A stretch of DNA of 64,000 nucleotides, taken from Octopus sinensis. Its lineage: Eukaryota. Below, piece after piece: positions 37,910 to 51,230 of this stretch. Location: positions 8,060,001 to 8,124,000 of the forward strand of contig NC_043006.1 in NCBI RefSeq assembly GCF_006345805.1, given 5' to 3'. Below the pieces are notes generated by a model. It made no database searches. It saw only the letters and a list, made by a program, of their open reading frames with translations, and was not told the DNA's origin. Every line of letters starts with the position of its first letter. Position 1 is the stretch's first letter. Both the position numbers and the translations under genes were made by a program.

Positions 37910-40346
37910 CAGGCATACCTCACCCTACGTCGTTAATTGGTTCCGAGAAACAAGTCTTAAGTCGAAAAATGACTTAAGCCAAATTAACTTGTCTTTAGGC
38001 TAAACCGATAATAACCATTCCCAGTTCTGTACTTTATTTATAAAAGCATTTTCAATAATACATGGTTAATAAAAACCTATTTTAAGCTTACAAACAAATA
38101 ATGTTTATTTTTTAATGCAGTGCATTAAAAGAAAAAGTAATCTAAATTTATGAATACAATTTGGCGGTGTTTATCATACGTCGCGGACGCTTTATTTATG
38201 AATGCAGTTTGCAATAAGACATGGTAAAATAAAAGCCTTTTTTAAGCTTAAAAAACAAATTCAGTAATTATTATTTTGTAATAGTAGAAAAAAAAACTAA
38301 ATTATTTTAAATTTATCAATATGTACATAAAATTTAGTGGTTTGCATCACGGATGTAGATGGCTGTGGATCGTCAACAGCTGATTCTGGCTGTTCTTGTT
38401 CGATGCGCTTAAAAAACCGGTTGATAGTTCCTTGAACAGTCTTCTTCTTTTCCTCAAGGATTACATTAAAAGGAGCAAAAGCTTCATGACAATCCCCACA
38501 ATCTTGGAAAAGCGTTGGGCATTTGGATCCATATTCTCGAACATAGAAAGACCTTTTTCGATATATGCAAATGTTTGCTCCATTTTCTGAATGGTAAAGT
38601 GACATGGCTAAGGTTCGACTTCCCCTTCTTTATTTTGCTGCTCGTGAAGCTCTATCAAATGTTCGTTCGTTATGGGCTTCTTGTATTTTTGAAATAAATC
38701 TGTGAAATTCTCCTCTTCCAAATCCATTTCCAGTCCTTTGTTCGTAGTCACCAACGTTTTGTTGATGGCAACATTATAAAACCCGTTAAAATCATTCATA
38801 AATTGTGGGCATAACTTCTTCCATACACCATTCATAGCCGTGCTCTGTACATCATTCCATGCCACCGCTATGTTCTGTACAGCCTTGTTGATTTCGCATT
38901 TCTTCCAAAAGCAACGCTTCATATAGTAACGCTTGAAGATAGCAGTTATTCCCTGACCCATTGACTGCAGAAGAAACGTGGTGTTCGGAGGGAGATATAC
39001 GATGGTAACGTTGAGGTCAAAATCTACGATGTTTTGCGGGTGGCCAGGAGCAATAGCTAGGGTAAGTAAAACCTTAAAAAGAATCGCCTTCTCCTTACAG
39101 TACTTCTCTGCTGTTTGGATAAAATGAATGAAGAACCAATCTTTAAAAACAACAACAGACACCCATGCTTTTGAATTAGCCATCAATATGACAAGGCGAG
39201 ATGTCTTGGGTATGGTTTTCAGGGCACGGGGGTTGCGTGCATGATACACAAGCAATGAATTAAACTTAAAATATTCTGCACAATTATCTCCATTCATTTG
39301 AGACCTTGTAGAGGGGAATAGTTTTCTTCTCCTTGGTCCGGTATTTTTTCCAATACAATCCAGTTTCGTCCACGTTAAAAATCTGTTCGGGAAGAAACCC
39401 GTTTTCTTAAATGCATTAGGAAATTCCACCTCTGCTTGTTCGTCAGCTGATGCACTTCCATCTTGTTTCTTAATGGAGTTATAACTTCTTCGCTCCTTAA
39501 ATCTCATGAACCATTCTTGACTTGCCTTGAACTCTACATCTTTCTCACCTGGATATCTTTTTCTTCAGGTCCTCAAAGACAACGCTTTTTCTTGAATGAT
39601 TGTTTGACTAATAGTAGCACGCTGACTATTCAACCTAACAATCCAAAGAGAAACGAGCCTTTCCATTTCTTCAAAGATTTTGCCACTTTTCTTATTGATG
39701 ACAGTGTTGTTCATCCCTGGGGCTTCATATTTGATATTTGCTAAAATCTTGTCCGTAGTATGTACAATCATGGATACAGTTGTCCACCTCATCCCAAAAG
39801 ATCGTGCAATTGCTACCACTTTTTAACCTTTTTCATAGCGTTTTATCATAGCACTTTCACTGTGAATTTTCTTAGGAGCCATGGGGCAAAGAATAAAGTC
39901 ACAAATGAATGACAATGAGAAAGTAGCCGATAAACAGATGTAAACGAATCTGAATTCAAAACAATCACGGGAATCACGAGTGACAGCGACGCCTAACTGT
40001 AGATATTGGAATATGAACTCCGAAAGACCGATCAATGAGAAAACACAGCTGTTTTCATGATTTCGTTCACTAAGCTATACTACTTTATGGTGTGCATCTT
40101 AACATTTACTGTACGTATTTTAAAATAATTTTACATGCTTTTATTTTTGTTTATTGTTCAGTAACATGATTTTATGTGCTTTTAACGATTTTCTGGTGAT
40201 TTTACGATTCCAGTATTTGTGGCGGACAGACGTAAAATCGAGTAAAATGATTTAACTTGTTTTTAGTTTTCCAGATATTATTTTTGAAAACTGACGTATA
40301 ATCGAGAACGACTTAAATCGAAACAACTCAAGCCGTGGTGTGCCTG
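37910..40346 (-). mobile_element. Tigger/pogo-like DNA transposon, near full length, frameshifted transposase
   Basis: TA|CAGGCATACC...GGTGTGCCTG|TA termini. ORF 39565-39819 is HTH/CENP-B-like; 38608-39507 is DDE_1-like (SKAWVS..FKDWF, LPPNTT.LLQ.MGQG). Confidence 0.9.
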
Positions 40347-41329
40347 TATTTATATCTGCCCTTGTTCTAAAATAAAGCAAGGTCAGGACGACTCTCTAAT
40401 ATAGAAATAATTTATTCATTTTCTTCACATTGCGTAATTTTCCTTGAACAGTGATTGCTAAAAGTATCCCACCAGTAGTCGTACTCGCAATAATGATGGG
40501 TGTATAATCTCACTGAGAAAACGTGTGATCCCAGCTGCACTGAAACTATTGAGATCCAGGTGTGTCGGAACTATCATCTTTCGTTTGGTAGACACATACG
40601 TTATGGCTTTGAGTTATAAACACATTATTGTTTGAGAGTATGTCGAGAAATACCTTTTTTTTTTGCATAAAATTAATCCATATTTTTGTGTCATGTTAAT
40701 TTACATAATTACTATGTCTCATAATAAAATATTGAATTTTCAATAATGTAAAATCCCAGCAAGCCAAACCAAACAGTCGATTTCGATTTAGTTTGCAACA
40801 ATTTCACTTCAGTTCAATCACTTATTCTCTTGGGAGAGATATTTGCTCGATAATTTCAACTTCCATTCTACCAGACGCCATCAAGCTTGATTAACATATT
40901 AAGGGATAGCTTTGGCGTCGAAAGTTTAAGCAATCAGCACTATCACATTTGCATCAGGTAAATAATATTGAGTCAAGCATTCAACAATATTAGTTTTTAA
41001 AATAATTTAAAATATGCTAAAATGAATACTGCGTAGTTTAAAACCTTCAGTTCTCATTAAAGAACACCCCCTGGATATTTTTTGTTTATTATATTATATT
41101 TTCAAAACAAAGACAGCTGTCGTCAATTTGGTAAAGTAACAAAAATATTGTAAACCTTTAAAATTCAGGTTCTATGAACGTCGTAGTACCGGCCTCTAAA
41201 ATATAAAATATTTGTGCCTACTCAACGAATATAATTTCAATATATATTTCTATACATTTGTAGCCATGCTATTGGAAAAATATTTTGACATTTAATCTTA
41301 CATTTCCCCTTCATCAGTGCGAACTGATG

Positions 41330-41990
41330 TCACATACGTACTTCTTTCATGAACAGATAACTGTAAGATTCTTAAAAGGGTATTAAAACTCAGTCTCCTT
41401 CTACAGTACAAAGATGCATTTGCTACACATATGAACGAAAACCTTCTGCATTATAGCCCTTCTGTATACAAAAAGAACTAAATCCTTAAAATCGTCCTAT
41501 ATGATAGACCTCAAGCTATCTCATAGCGAACTCACGCATGACGTTGCCAAATCTATATTCCTTACAAAATTTAGAATTCAGAGATTGTAAAAACTTCGAC
41601 GTTAATCAAATTCTAACCCTCTACAAGGCTCAAATACCCGCAATATTGAAGTATTGCCCATATCTTCTACAGTGATTTCTGAAATATATATACAATATAG
41701 ACCCCATCCAGTTAGAAAACTGGATAAGATTCACTTACCACCATATTACAGCTACTTGTTCATAGATGATTTATAACTACCATTTTTATATCTTCTGGTC
41801 CATCCAACAACAGTGCTCCCTCCATCCAACCACTTCTTCATACGCCATATTCCGCACTAAATATTGCCTAATTATTTCTTCCCCAGTTCCACGTCTTCCA
41901 CTGTTACTTTCTCCGCGCCCAAGTTCCTTCTTGCATGCGCCAGTCTATAGAGATTCGAAGTAAACATCGACGTAACCAATCTCATTATTC
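41330..41990 (+). mobile_element. Decayed LINE RT C-terminal fragment (CR1/Jockey-like group)
   Basis: LTLYKAQIPAILKYC resembles LYKAQxRPxLEYC; downstream YFFPS resembles SFFPRT; many stops. Confidence 0.5.
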
Positions 41991-44363
41991 TACCGGCACC
42001 TACAAAGCTTATTGCTGTCTGTTCTCTTTTCTGAATAATAGATAAACCGAAACCGACAGCGTTTAATGAATTCCTTCCACCACTTATTTTATCTATCCCA
42101 AGAAAGAAATGCACAGCAAACTCTGGTGAGTAATACACTAAGAACATACACAGCAAAGATTTTGATAAATCCTTTAATCCCTTCAGCGTGTAACGGATGA
42201 GGAAGTTCGCATGTTTAATGTAAAAACTATAAAATATATAAGCTGTTGGTAAGCTGAGTCTGCGAGTCTGTTTCTCTTCTTCATTGCAAACTATTCTGTT
42301 TTAGTTATGTCGTAAATGTCTTTGGAAAGAGATGAACATCAAAACGTCCAATATTCTCCTGTCTTAAGATTATGAGGCCTTTGTATTAATTCAGAAGATG
42401 TTTAAATACCAACAAATAAACAATAAAACTTTCCCCCTTGTCAATCAAAATCTCCAATTGTTTTTTGTTTTTGTTTTTTAATAAGTTAAATTGTTTGAAA
42501 GATTATATTTCATTGTTAGTCACAATTACGTTTTGAAATTACATGTTGCTTCTTCACGCATAGGATTTGGCAAAAATTAATATTCTCTTTCAAAAACAGA
42601 ACTAATTATAATCTGACATATAATCCCCATCCTTAAAATTAAAAATTAATTATTGCAAATATTGGACTCCGGGAAATAGGAAGAACAAAAGAAAATACAA
42701 TGACGACTTTGTAAAGTGATTTTAATTGATAATTATATCAGGGTTTGTGTTGAACGTTCTACACTAGATTTATAAATATTGGTGCTTTTTTGACTGTGTG
42801 ATAAGAGCCGTTGGCTTAAGTGCTAGTTATGTTGTTGGGTCTGATTTATTTGACAAAATACACTCTCTTGAAAACAAATTCTTGTGTTTCGTATAAATAA
42901 ATCGATATTGTATTGACTATTTTAACCGAAATAATGGTTTGCTCATTATTCTTTCATTCTCTGTTATGCCTTCAGTTTCAGATATTCCTGCGTTTTCTGA
43001 TTGATGCAGGGTTATAGTAACATGGAGGGGAAGGAAATAAACTAGCCCTCTGTATCAGCACTTCTAACATAAACTCGTCTCATTGGAAGATTTCAACTCC
43101 ATTCGACAACTAAATGAATCTTAAGTTCCTTAACATTTATAGCAGTAAGTTTTATTCATGTTACCTGTTTAGGTCGGCAAACTAACGGAAAACATCTGTG
43201 TTTGACAAAAGAAAACGCTGTGGTGTATACTAATTTAAACCCTAATATTTTACGTAGTAGCCACAGTCCATATCAATTGAACCAATTGCAATACTTACCG
43301 TTCTGATATTAATATACACGGCGCAACTAGAACTTTAATCTTAAAGATGTTCATCTTTCATACTTTCTGGGAATATTTCTGGTAACGCTTTCGGGTTACC
43401 TAGATATCTTTTCTAATTTTTGAAATTAACGAAATAATTCGTTTCACTTTCCATATTTCTTCAGTTTAAAACAAAAAATGTCTAGCTTTTAATGAATGTG
43501 ACACAAACATTATAATTTCAATTTTCTTAAGATATTTTATGGTCCTTAGATATCTTCAATGAAAAAAAGAACGAAAAAAAGCAGTAAAATCTATCTCGAA
43601 GGATAATAAATTTGATCGAAGTCGATCAGCAAGAGCTTTTAATAAGGTAATCGATAAAGATCAAACAAAACCATTTAGATATAAAAAAGAAAAACAGCCT
43701 GAACTAAATTCACTTCGTGTTTTAGTGCATTTTTAATAAATGTTAATAAAGAAAAAAGTTATTTGGGTTCAGTTTGAATTATTGATTTTTCTCAATACTT
43801 TTTAATCTAAATCAAAAATTAATTCAACATTAATTAAATAAGATTTCATTAGAAATCTTTTATATGCGATTTTTTAAAATTGTATTTTTTTTAATGTTTG
43901 CGATTTGATTGTTTCATTTCGGTATTGTTTAAATTGAAACAAAATGCTTACTTTTAAACAGTGCATTAGCATTAATCCAATACAATAATAATTGGATATT
44001 ATTGTGTGGTAATATTTTATATTTGATAGTTACAAATAACATAAAGAAAGAAGTAAGATCTCAGAGAATATAGACTTTGACAAGGTTATGAATTTTCACT
44101 GCCATGTTTACTTCTCTTGTACTCCTAGCATCTTTGGGAAAAGACGAAATTTCATTTTCATTGCTCCTAAAATATAGTGACTTGTGCCTAGTCTGGTTGC
44201 CAAGTAATTTTATCTATGATACGGGTAACTATAAAGAAAGTACAAAATTCATGATAAAATACGTCTGCTGACTCTTATTGGAGTGTTTATTGAAAAATTT
44301 ATATTTCTTTCTCTGCTGATGCCACATAATTCCCCTTTTCTAAATACATGTGTGTGTGCGTGT

Positions 44364-44394
<31 letters not shown>

Positions 44395-44584
44395 CATGTG
44401 TAAGTGTGTATGTGTACGTGCGTGCATGTGTGTGTTTGTGTGCGTGTGTGTTACAAACATAGAAAGAGATATAAGCATTACAAATTTACGAAATAGTAGT
44501 TGAAAATTGAGTTGTCGATACAATTATTTAGTGATAACACTTCACCCAATTTACATCCATTTTTAAACCACCACACATACACAC

Positions 44585-44622
<38 letters not shown>

Positions 44623-44776
44623 TTATAAGAATCACAATTCCATAAAGTTTGCTGAGTATCCAAACGGAGAATCATTTGTGAAAACTAGGTACTGCACCTG
44701 CCGTTTTAGTATCCATCGTCGCTGATTGAAGGTATATATCAAATCTATATAGGTATATCAAAGGTATATATCAAAA

Positions 44777-45012
44777 GGCGGCGAGCTGGCAGAAACGTTA
44801 GCGCGCCGGACGAAATGCTGAGCGGTATTTCGTCTGCCGCTACGTTCTGAGTTCAAATTCCGCCGAGGTCGACTTTGCCTTTCATCCTTTCGCGGTCGAT
44901 AAATTAAGTACCAGTTACGCACTGGGGTCGATGTAATCGACTTAATACCTATGTCTGTCCTTGTTTGTCCCCTCTATGTTTAGCCCCTTGTGGGTAATAA
45001 AGAAATAGGTAT
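44777..45012 (+). mobile_element. SINE family C monomer ending aaagaaataGGTAT
   Basis: Flanked by repeated ggtatatatcaaa. Confidence 0.9.
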
Positions 45013-45209
45013 ATATCAAATCTACAAACGGCTTTCAGTTTTTCTTATTTTTTTCTCACTTCTTTTGGGTAACATTTCCTAAATGAAAGCATGAACATCT
45101 TAAACTATTATTTCACTTCTCCTTTAAGAAATATGATTAAATGAGAAATTCTGTTGTATAATCCCGGAACCAAATTTTTTTCTCAGTTTTTTTTATATTA
45201 TCTCTTACC

Positions 45210-45400
45210 TTTTACTTGTTTCAGTCATTAGTCTGTGGTCATTCTGGGGCACCACTGTGACGAATCTTTAGTCGAATGACTAGACCGCAGTACATTTTAT
45301 TCTATCGATCTCGTATGCCGAACTGCTAAGTTACAGTGACATAAATACACCAACACAGGTTGACAAGCAGTGAGGGGATAAACACGCACACAAACACACG
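45210..45400 (-). mobile_element. SINE 3' module, family E
   Basis: Reverse complement of the 11955 copy. Confidence 0.75.
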
Positions 45401-45409
45401 CACCATCAT

Positions 45410-45425
45410 ATATATACATATTTAT

Positions 45426-45465
<40 letters not shown>

Positions 45466-46092
45466 GTATATATATATGTATGTATATATATATGTATATA
45501 TATATATGTATGTATATATGTATGTATATATATATGTATATATATATGTATATATATATGTATATATATATGTATATATATATGTATGTATCTATTTATG
45601 TATATATATATGTATATATATATGTATATATATATGTATGTATATATATATGTATATATAATATGTATGTATATATATATATATATTATATGTATGTATA
45701 TATTATATATATGTATGTATAATATATATGTATGTATTATATATGTATATATAATGTATGTATATATATATATGTATATATATATGTATGTATATTTATA
45801 TGTATATATATATGTATATATAATGTATGTATATATATGTATTATATATATATATATGTATGTATTATATATGTATGTATGTATATATGTGTATGTATAT
45901 ATATATATGTATGTATGTATATATGTGTATGTATATATATATATGTATGTATATATATATATGTATGTATATATATATATATGTATGTATATATTATATA
46001 TATATATGTGTATATATATATATATGTATGTATATATATGTATATATATGTATATATGTATATATATATATATGTATATATATATATGTATG

Positions 46093-46124
<32 letters not shown>

Positions 46125-46125
46125 T
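45410..46125. repeat. ~700-bp imperfect (TA)n/(TATG)n microsatellite
   Basis: Direct reading; source of the Y/I/M/C-rich ORFs. Confidence 0.97.
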
Positions 46126-46150
46126 ATATAAACACTCACCCACACACACA

Positions 46151-46262
46151 ACGGGCTTCTTTCAATTTCTGTCTACGAAATCCACTCACAAGGCTTTAAT
46201 TGGTCCGACGCTATAGTAGAAGACACCTGCCAAAGGTGCCACGCAATGAGACTAAATCCGAT
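46151..46262 (-). mobile_element. SINE family D, partial
   Basis: cgggcttctttc..tatagtagaagacac..aaggtgccacgca. Confidence 0.8.
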
Positions 46263-47977
46263 CAAGATATGTTTAAATGATGCATAACACCAAGATTTGT
46301 TTAACAAAGTGCTTAGAATCGAAACGTAAATCGATAAACTTGAAAATTCAAATGAATTATTTCATTAATTTTAAAAAATTACAAAAAAAAATTGAAAAAT
46401 AGATCTCGGAAGAGATTCCGGTTTGGATGTCTCTCAAGGAACTCTATTTCCCAATGAATATTTACCAATTTTTCTTTATTTAGATATTCTAAACGAAAAA
46501 TAATGTTTCCAGAAAATACCAAATATGAAAATCAAAGATTGAACCTCTTAATAGACTCTTGTAAATGTTCTTAATTGACACCATTTTACAGGCATAGTAA
46601 CATCATTTGGAATTATTATTTGATTTGTTTTGGTTCTGAGTTTTACCATTCACATGAAAACTTCGAATGTGGAAGCTGCCAAATACAATATTGATTATTA
46701 AGTGTCTATAAAGTATCTCATGAGAAACAGTGAATGGAAATACGACTAATTCGGTTTCTTTCATAACGATGTAAAATAAAATAAGCTTTATAGTTCCAAA
46801 GGAGCAATAAATGGTGCTTTAGGCCTGTAGCAGGAGACGGGGAAATTGTTCAGATGATTGAAGGAAGTAAAACAAATCTATAAATTACCGAACGTGCTCT
46901 GTATTTAATAAACTAGATCCTTATTGCAAATTAATTACTTTGAACAAGCACTTGCAATTGACGATGAGAGAGTGTCCTGTAAGTTCGTATCGTAACTGAA
47001 GAGTAATTAGTCTTGTAAATTTGTATCTCGTCACTGACATTGTGGTTTGAACAATGAAAATCTTCCACAGTGCTGTCATAGCAGTCAAGAAAAAGAAAGA
47101 GAAAGACATATTTCATATTCGGGAACCCAAATAACTGGAAGATTGATGTGATATTTTAGGGCTTACAGACATCGACTGACAACTTGAATGAACATTTCTT
47201 AAACAGTCTGAAAGTTATAAGTGAATGTTTGATTTCACGTCACACAGATTTACCAATTATTTTATTACTACTAATATATTTTTATTCGTTATTGGCTCCA
47301 AAAAAAGAAAACTGACAGTGTTCGGAACAGCACGACACATACACACAAATAAAAACGTGACAGATGACTTAGTCTAGCTATTACTGGATGTCTATTAAAT
47401 AAAGACGAAAATATTCATGGAAAAAAACAGTGACTGAGAAAATAATATTTATGTCTAGATAATAGTTTTAAGTTATTCAGTTTATTTACTAGTTGCTCAA
47501 AACTGATACGATGAATCTAAAACGAGGCACGTTTTCATAAGAGACAACTTATATGAATAGGTAATATCTTAAAAATCTTCGTTTCCGGTTTTTCATTATT
47601 GTTTCTGTAAAGATTCGGATGTTTCTCAAGGAAGTCTATCTCCAAATGAATATTTGTCAATTTTTTTTATTTAGATATTCTAAACGAAAAATAAGTGTTT
47701 TTAACAAATTTCATAACTCTAATTTTTATGTAATAGATTTTTGAAATATTTCCAGCACAGGTATATATGTTTCTTTGCTTTTGATGTAATATCTGCTATG
47801 CAGATCCTTTCGGCAAAAGGTTTTATACTTTCAAGTGTAAGTCTAAAAGAATAGAATATAATTTCTGTAGTAAGAGGTTATATACAGGTTGTTCGGGCTA
47901 AATTTGACGATATTTAAGTCTCTTTTATTCGGGAACAGATTGATACATTGGTGTTAGATTGATACAATGGCGTTAGA

Positions 47978-48320
47978 GAGTTCAAATTCCGCCGAGGTCG
48001 ACTTTGCCTTTCATCCTTTCGGGGTCGATTAAATAAGTACCAGCTACGCACTGGGGTCGATATAATCGACGTAATCCGTTTGTCTGTCCTTGTTTGTCCT
48101 CTCTCTGTTTAGCCCCTTGTGGGTAGTAAAGAAATAGGTATGCCGTCTGCCGTTCCGTTCTGAGTTCAAATTCCGCGGAGATCGACTTTGCCTTTCATTT
48201 TTTCGAGTTCGATTAAATAAGTACCAGTTATGCACTGGAGTGGATGTAATCGACTTAATCCCTTTGTCTGTCCTTGTTTTTCCCCTCTATGTTTGGGCCC
48301 CTGTGGGCAATAAATAAATA
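47978..48320 (+). mobile_element. SINE family C headless dimer
   Basis: Two bodies joined at aaagaaataGGTATgccgtctgcc. Confidence 0.88.
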
Positions 48321-48369
48321 TCTTTCGGTGTGTATGCTTATGTGGCGAGTATGTATAGACATATTGTTT

Positions 48370-48407
48370 AGATAGGTAAGTATATAATATATATATAGAT
48401 AGACAGG

Positions 48408-48503
<96 letters not shown>

Positions 48504-48590
48504 TAGACAGATAAATAGATAGATAGATAGATAGACAGATAGATAGATACATAGATAATAGACAGACAGACATATAGTCAGATAGATATA
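48370..48590 (+). repeat. (GATA)n/(GACA)n microsatellite
   Basis: Direct reading. Confidence 0.95.
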
Positions 48591-48599
48591 TATTCTTTT

Positions 48600-48800
48600 A
48601 CTCTTTTATTATTTTACTTGTTTCAGTCATTTGACTGCGGTCATGCTGGAGCACGGCCTTGATTGGTTTTTGTCGAACAAATCGACCCTAGTACTTGTTT
48701 TCTTAAGCCTTGTACTTATTCTATCGGTCTCTTTTGTCGAACCACTAAGTTACGGGGAAAGGGCTAAACACAGACACAAACACACACGTGCATACACAAA
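48600..48800 (-). mobile_element. SINE 3' module, family E
   Basis: ttgtttcagtcatttgactgcggtcatgctggagcac.. matches other E copies. Confidence 0.8.
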
Positions 48801-48886
48801 GACGCTCACACAGACACTTGTATATATATGTGTGTGTGTGTGTGTGTATATGGTAAGGAGCGTGCTACCCAACCACATGGAATGTG

Positions 48887-48968
<82 letters not shown>

Positions 48969-48975
48969 ATGTATA

Positions 48976-49007
<32 letters not shown>

Positions 49008-49216
49008 AATAAATAAATAATGCTTCCCCGTGGCTAAGAGTTGTTCTGACTCTTATTTCTAGCAATGCTGGTGCTGACCAGTGCCCTTTGTCACTTTAGT
49101 GACGTCTAAACTTGTGCCTTCTGGTTGTAAATTGTGAATAAGTCACCTTAATAATTTATGTGTGTGTATGTGTATGTGTGTGTATATGTATATATATGTG
49201 AGTGCGTGTATATATA

Positions 49217-49264
<48 letters not shown>

Positions 49265-49385
49265 TATATATATATGTTAATGTATGTGTGCGTGTGTGTG
49301 TGCATGTGTGTGCGTGTATATATGCAAATGAGCGTGTATATATATAAATATGTTAATGTGTGTGCGTGCACGTGTGTGTGTGTGT

Positions 49386-49422
<37 letters not shown>

Positions 49423-49972
49423 TAGGACTACTTCCTAACTTTTAAAGAAAGGCTGAAGCTTATAATTTAATGAAATATGAACGGGAATGAAAAAATAATA
49501 ATGAAATAAATAATCATATGAAAGATGTAAATAAAAGTGAAATAACTTGAAAACATTAAATAACTCTTTATAAGAAGCATTTATATGAAAACCCGTAAGT
49601 TATAAAAGTAATGAAACAGTACTTTGATTTGTATTCTTTGCTATACGCGAACAAATATTTCCTTCCTTCCTTTAAAATTATAATTGCTGTAACAATTGGC
49701 GGGCGGAAGTAACAAATAGCTGAATCTAAGTTTTAAAAATGTCGACAGGAAAAAGAACAGACGGCGTTTGCAGTGAATAAAAAGTGTTGAGAGGGAAGTG
49801 CGCAAAGTGAGCTGTAGGTTTTTAGAAAAAAAAAATGGTAGTCAAATTGTAAATAAAAGCAGCATTTGTATTAAGATATAGCAAAATTGGATTTTTAAGA
49901 GTTTGCTCTCATTTCAGGTAAACTCATAACTTAGTTAAAGATATAGTCTTCTAATTCTTATGTAATATACAC

Positions 49973-50340
49973 GTGGAGGCGCAAAGGCCCAGTGGTTAGG
50001 GCAGCGGACTCGCGGTCATAGGATCGCGGTTTCGATTCCCAGACCGGGCATTGTGAGTGTTTATTGAGCGAAAACACCTAAAGCTCCACGAGGCTCCGGC
50101 AGGGGATGGTGGTGATCCCTGCTGTACTCTTTCACCACAACTTTCTCTCACTCTTACTTCCTGTTTCTGTTGTACCTGTATTTCAAAGGGCCGGCCTTGT
50201 CACTCTCTGTGTCACGCTGAATATCCCCGAGAAATACGTTAAGGGTACACGTGTCTGTGGAGTGCTGAGCCAGTTACACGTTAATTTGCATTGATTCGGA
50301 TCAACCAGAACCCTCGTCGTCGTAACCGACGGAGTGCTTC
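49973..50340 (+). mobile_element. SINE family B, full length
   Basis: tRNA-like head matching 9091; longer, different 3' part. Confidence 0.88.
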
Positions 50341-50406
50341 CATGTAATATACTTTATCTTTATATCCAAGTTGCTTCCATTTTAAAGACGGTATGTCGTG
50401 ACTTGT

Positions 50407-50525
50407 GCTTACGACCATATCACGTTGAAAGCACCGGTTCTCGTCCGATCACCGAAGTTAATCAACGTCGAGCCGAGTTAGTACTTAGATGGGTGACCGC
50501 TTGGGAAACCTTGCTGCTGTAAGCA
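50407..50525 (+). rRNA. 5S rRNA: 5S rRNA gene copy, divergent, probable pseudogene or variant
   Basis: GCTTACGACCATATCACGTTGAAAGCACCGGTTCTCGTCCGATCACCGAAGTTAA..GTACTTAGATGGGTGACCGCTTGGGAA..GCTGTAAGC; 5' GCTTAC pairs with 3' GTAAGC; no oligo-T terminator. Confidence 0.9.
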
Positions 50526-50539
50526 TCACACATTGTTAA

Positions 50540-51230
50540 GGCGGCGAGCTGGCAAAAACGTTAGCACGCCGGGCGAAATGCTTAACGGTATTTCGTCTGC
50601 GTTACGTTGTGAGATCAAATTCCGCCGAGGTCGACTTTGCCTTTCATCCTTTCGGGGTCGATAAATTAAGTACCAGTTACGCACTGGGGTCGATGTAATC
50701 GACTTAATCTGTTTGTCTGTCCTTGTTTGTCCCCTCTGTGTTTAGCACCATGTGGGTAATAAAGAAATAGGTATTTCGTCTGCCACTACGTTCTCAGCTC
50801 AAATTCCGCCGAGGTCGACTTTGCCTTTCATCTTTTCGGGGTCGATAAATTAAGTACCAGTTACGTACTGGGGTCGATGTAATTGACTTAATACCTATGT
50901 CTGTCATTGTTTGTCCTCTCTATGTTTAGCCCCTTGTGGTTAATAAAGAAATAGGTATTTCGGCTGCCGTTACGTTCTGAGTTCACATTCCGCCGAGGTC
51001 GACTTCGCCTTTCATCGTTTCGGAGTCGATTAAATATGTACCAGTTACGCACTGGGGTCGATGTAATCGACTTAATCCGTCTGTCTGTTCTTGTTTGTCC
51101 TCTCTGTGTTTAGCCCCCTGTGGGTAGTAAAGCAATAGGTATTTCGTCTGCCGCTACGTTCTGAGTTCAAATTCCGCCGAGGTCGACTTTGCCTTTGTCC
51201 TTGTTTGTCCTCTCTGTATGAAATAGGTAT
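50540..51230 (+). mobile_element. SINE family C multimer: one head plus 183/184/184/88-bp units
   Basis: GGTAT junctions at 50587, 50770, 50954, 51138 and 51226. Confidence 0.92.

Noticed and set aside
45297-46151. Long ORFs of 200-284 aa, and similar Y/I/M/C/H-rich ORFs throughout the window
   Set aside because: They are translations of (TA)n/(TATG)n/(CA)n microsatellites, which lack stops in some frames.
50540-51230. Regular tandem array superficially like a CRISPR array
   Set aside because: The units are whole SINE bodies without unique spacers, and the context is eukaryotic with no cas genes.
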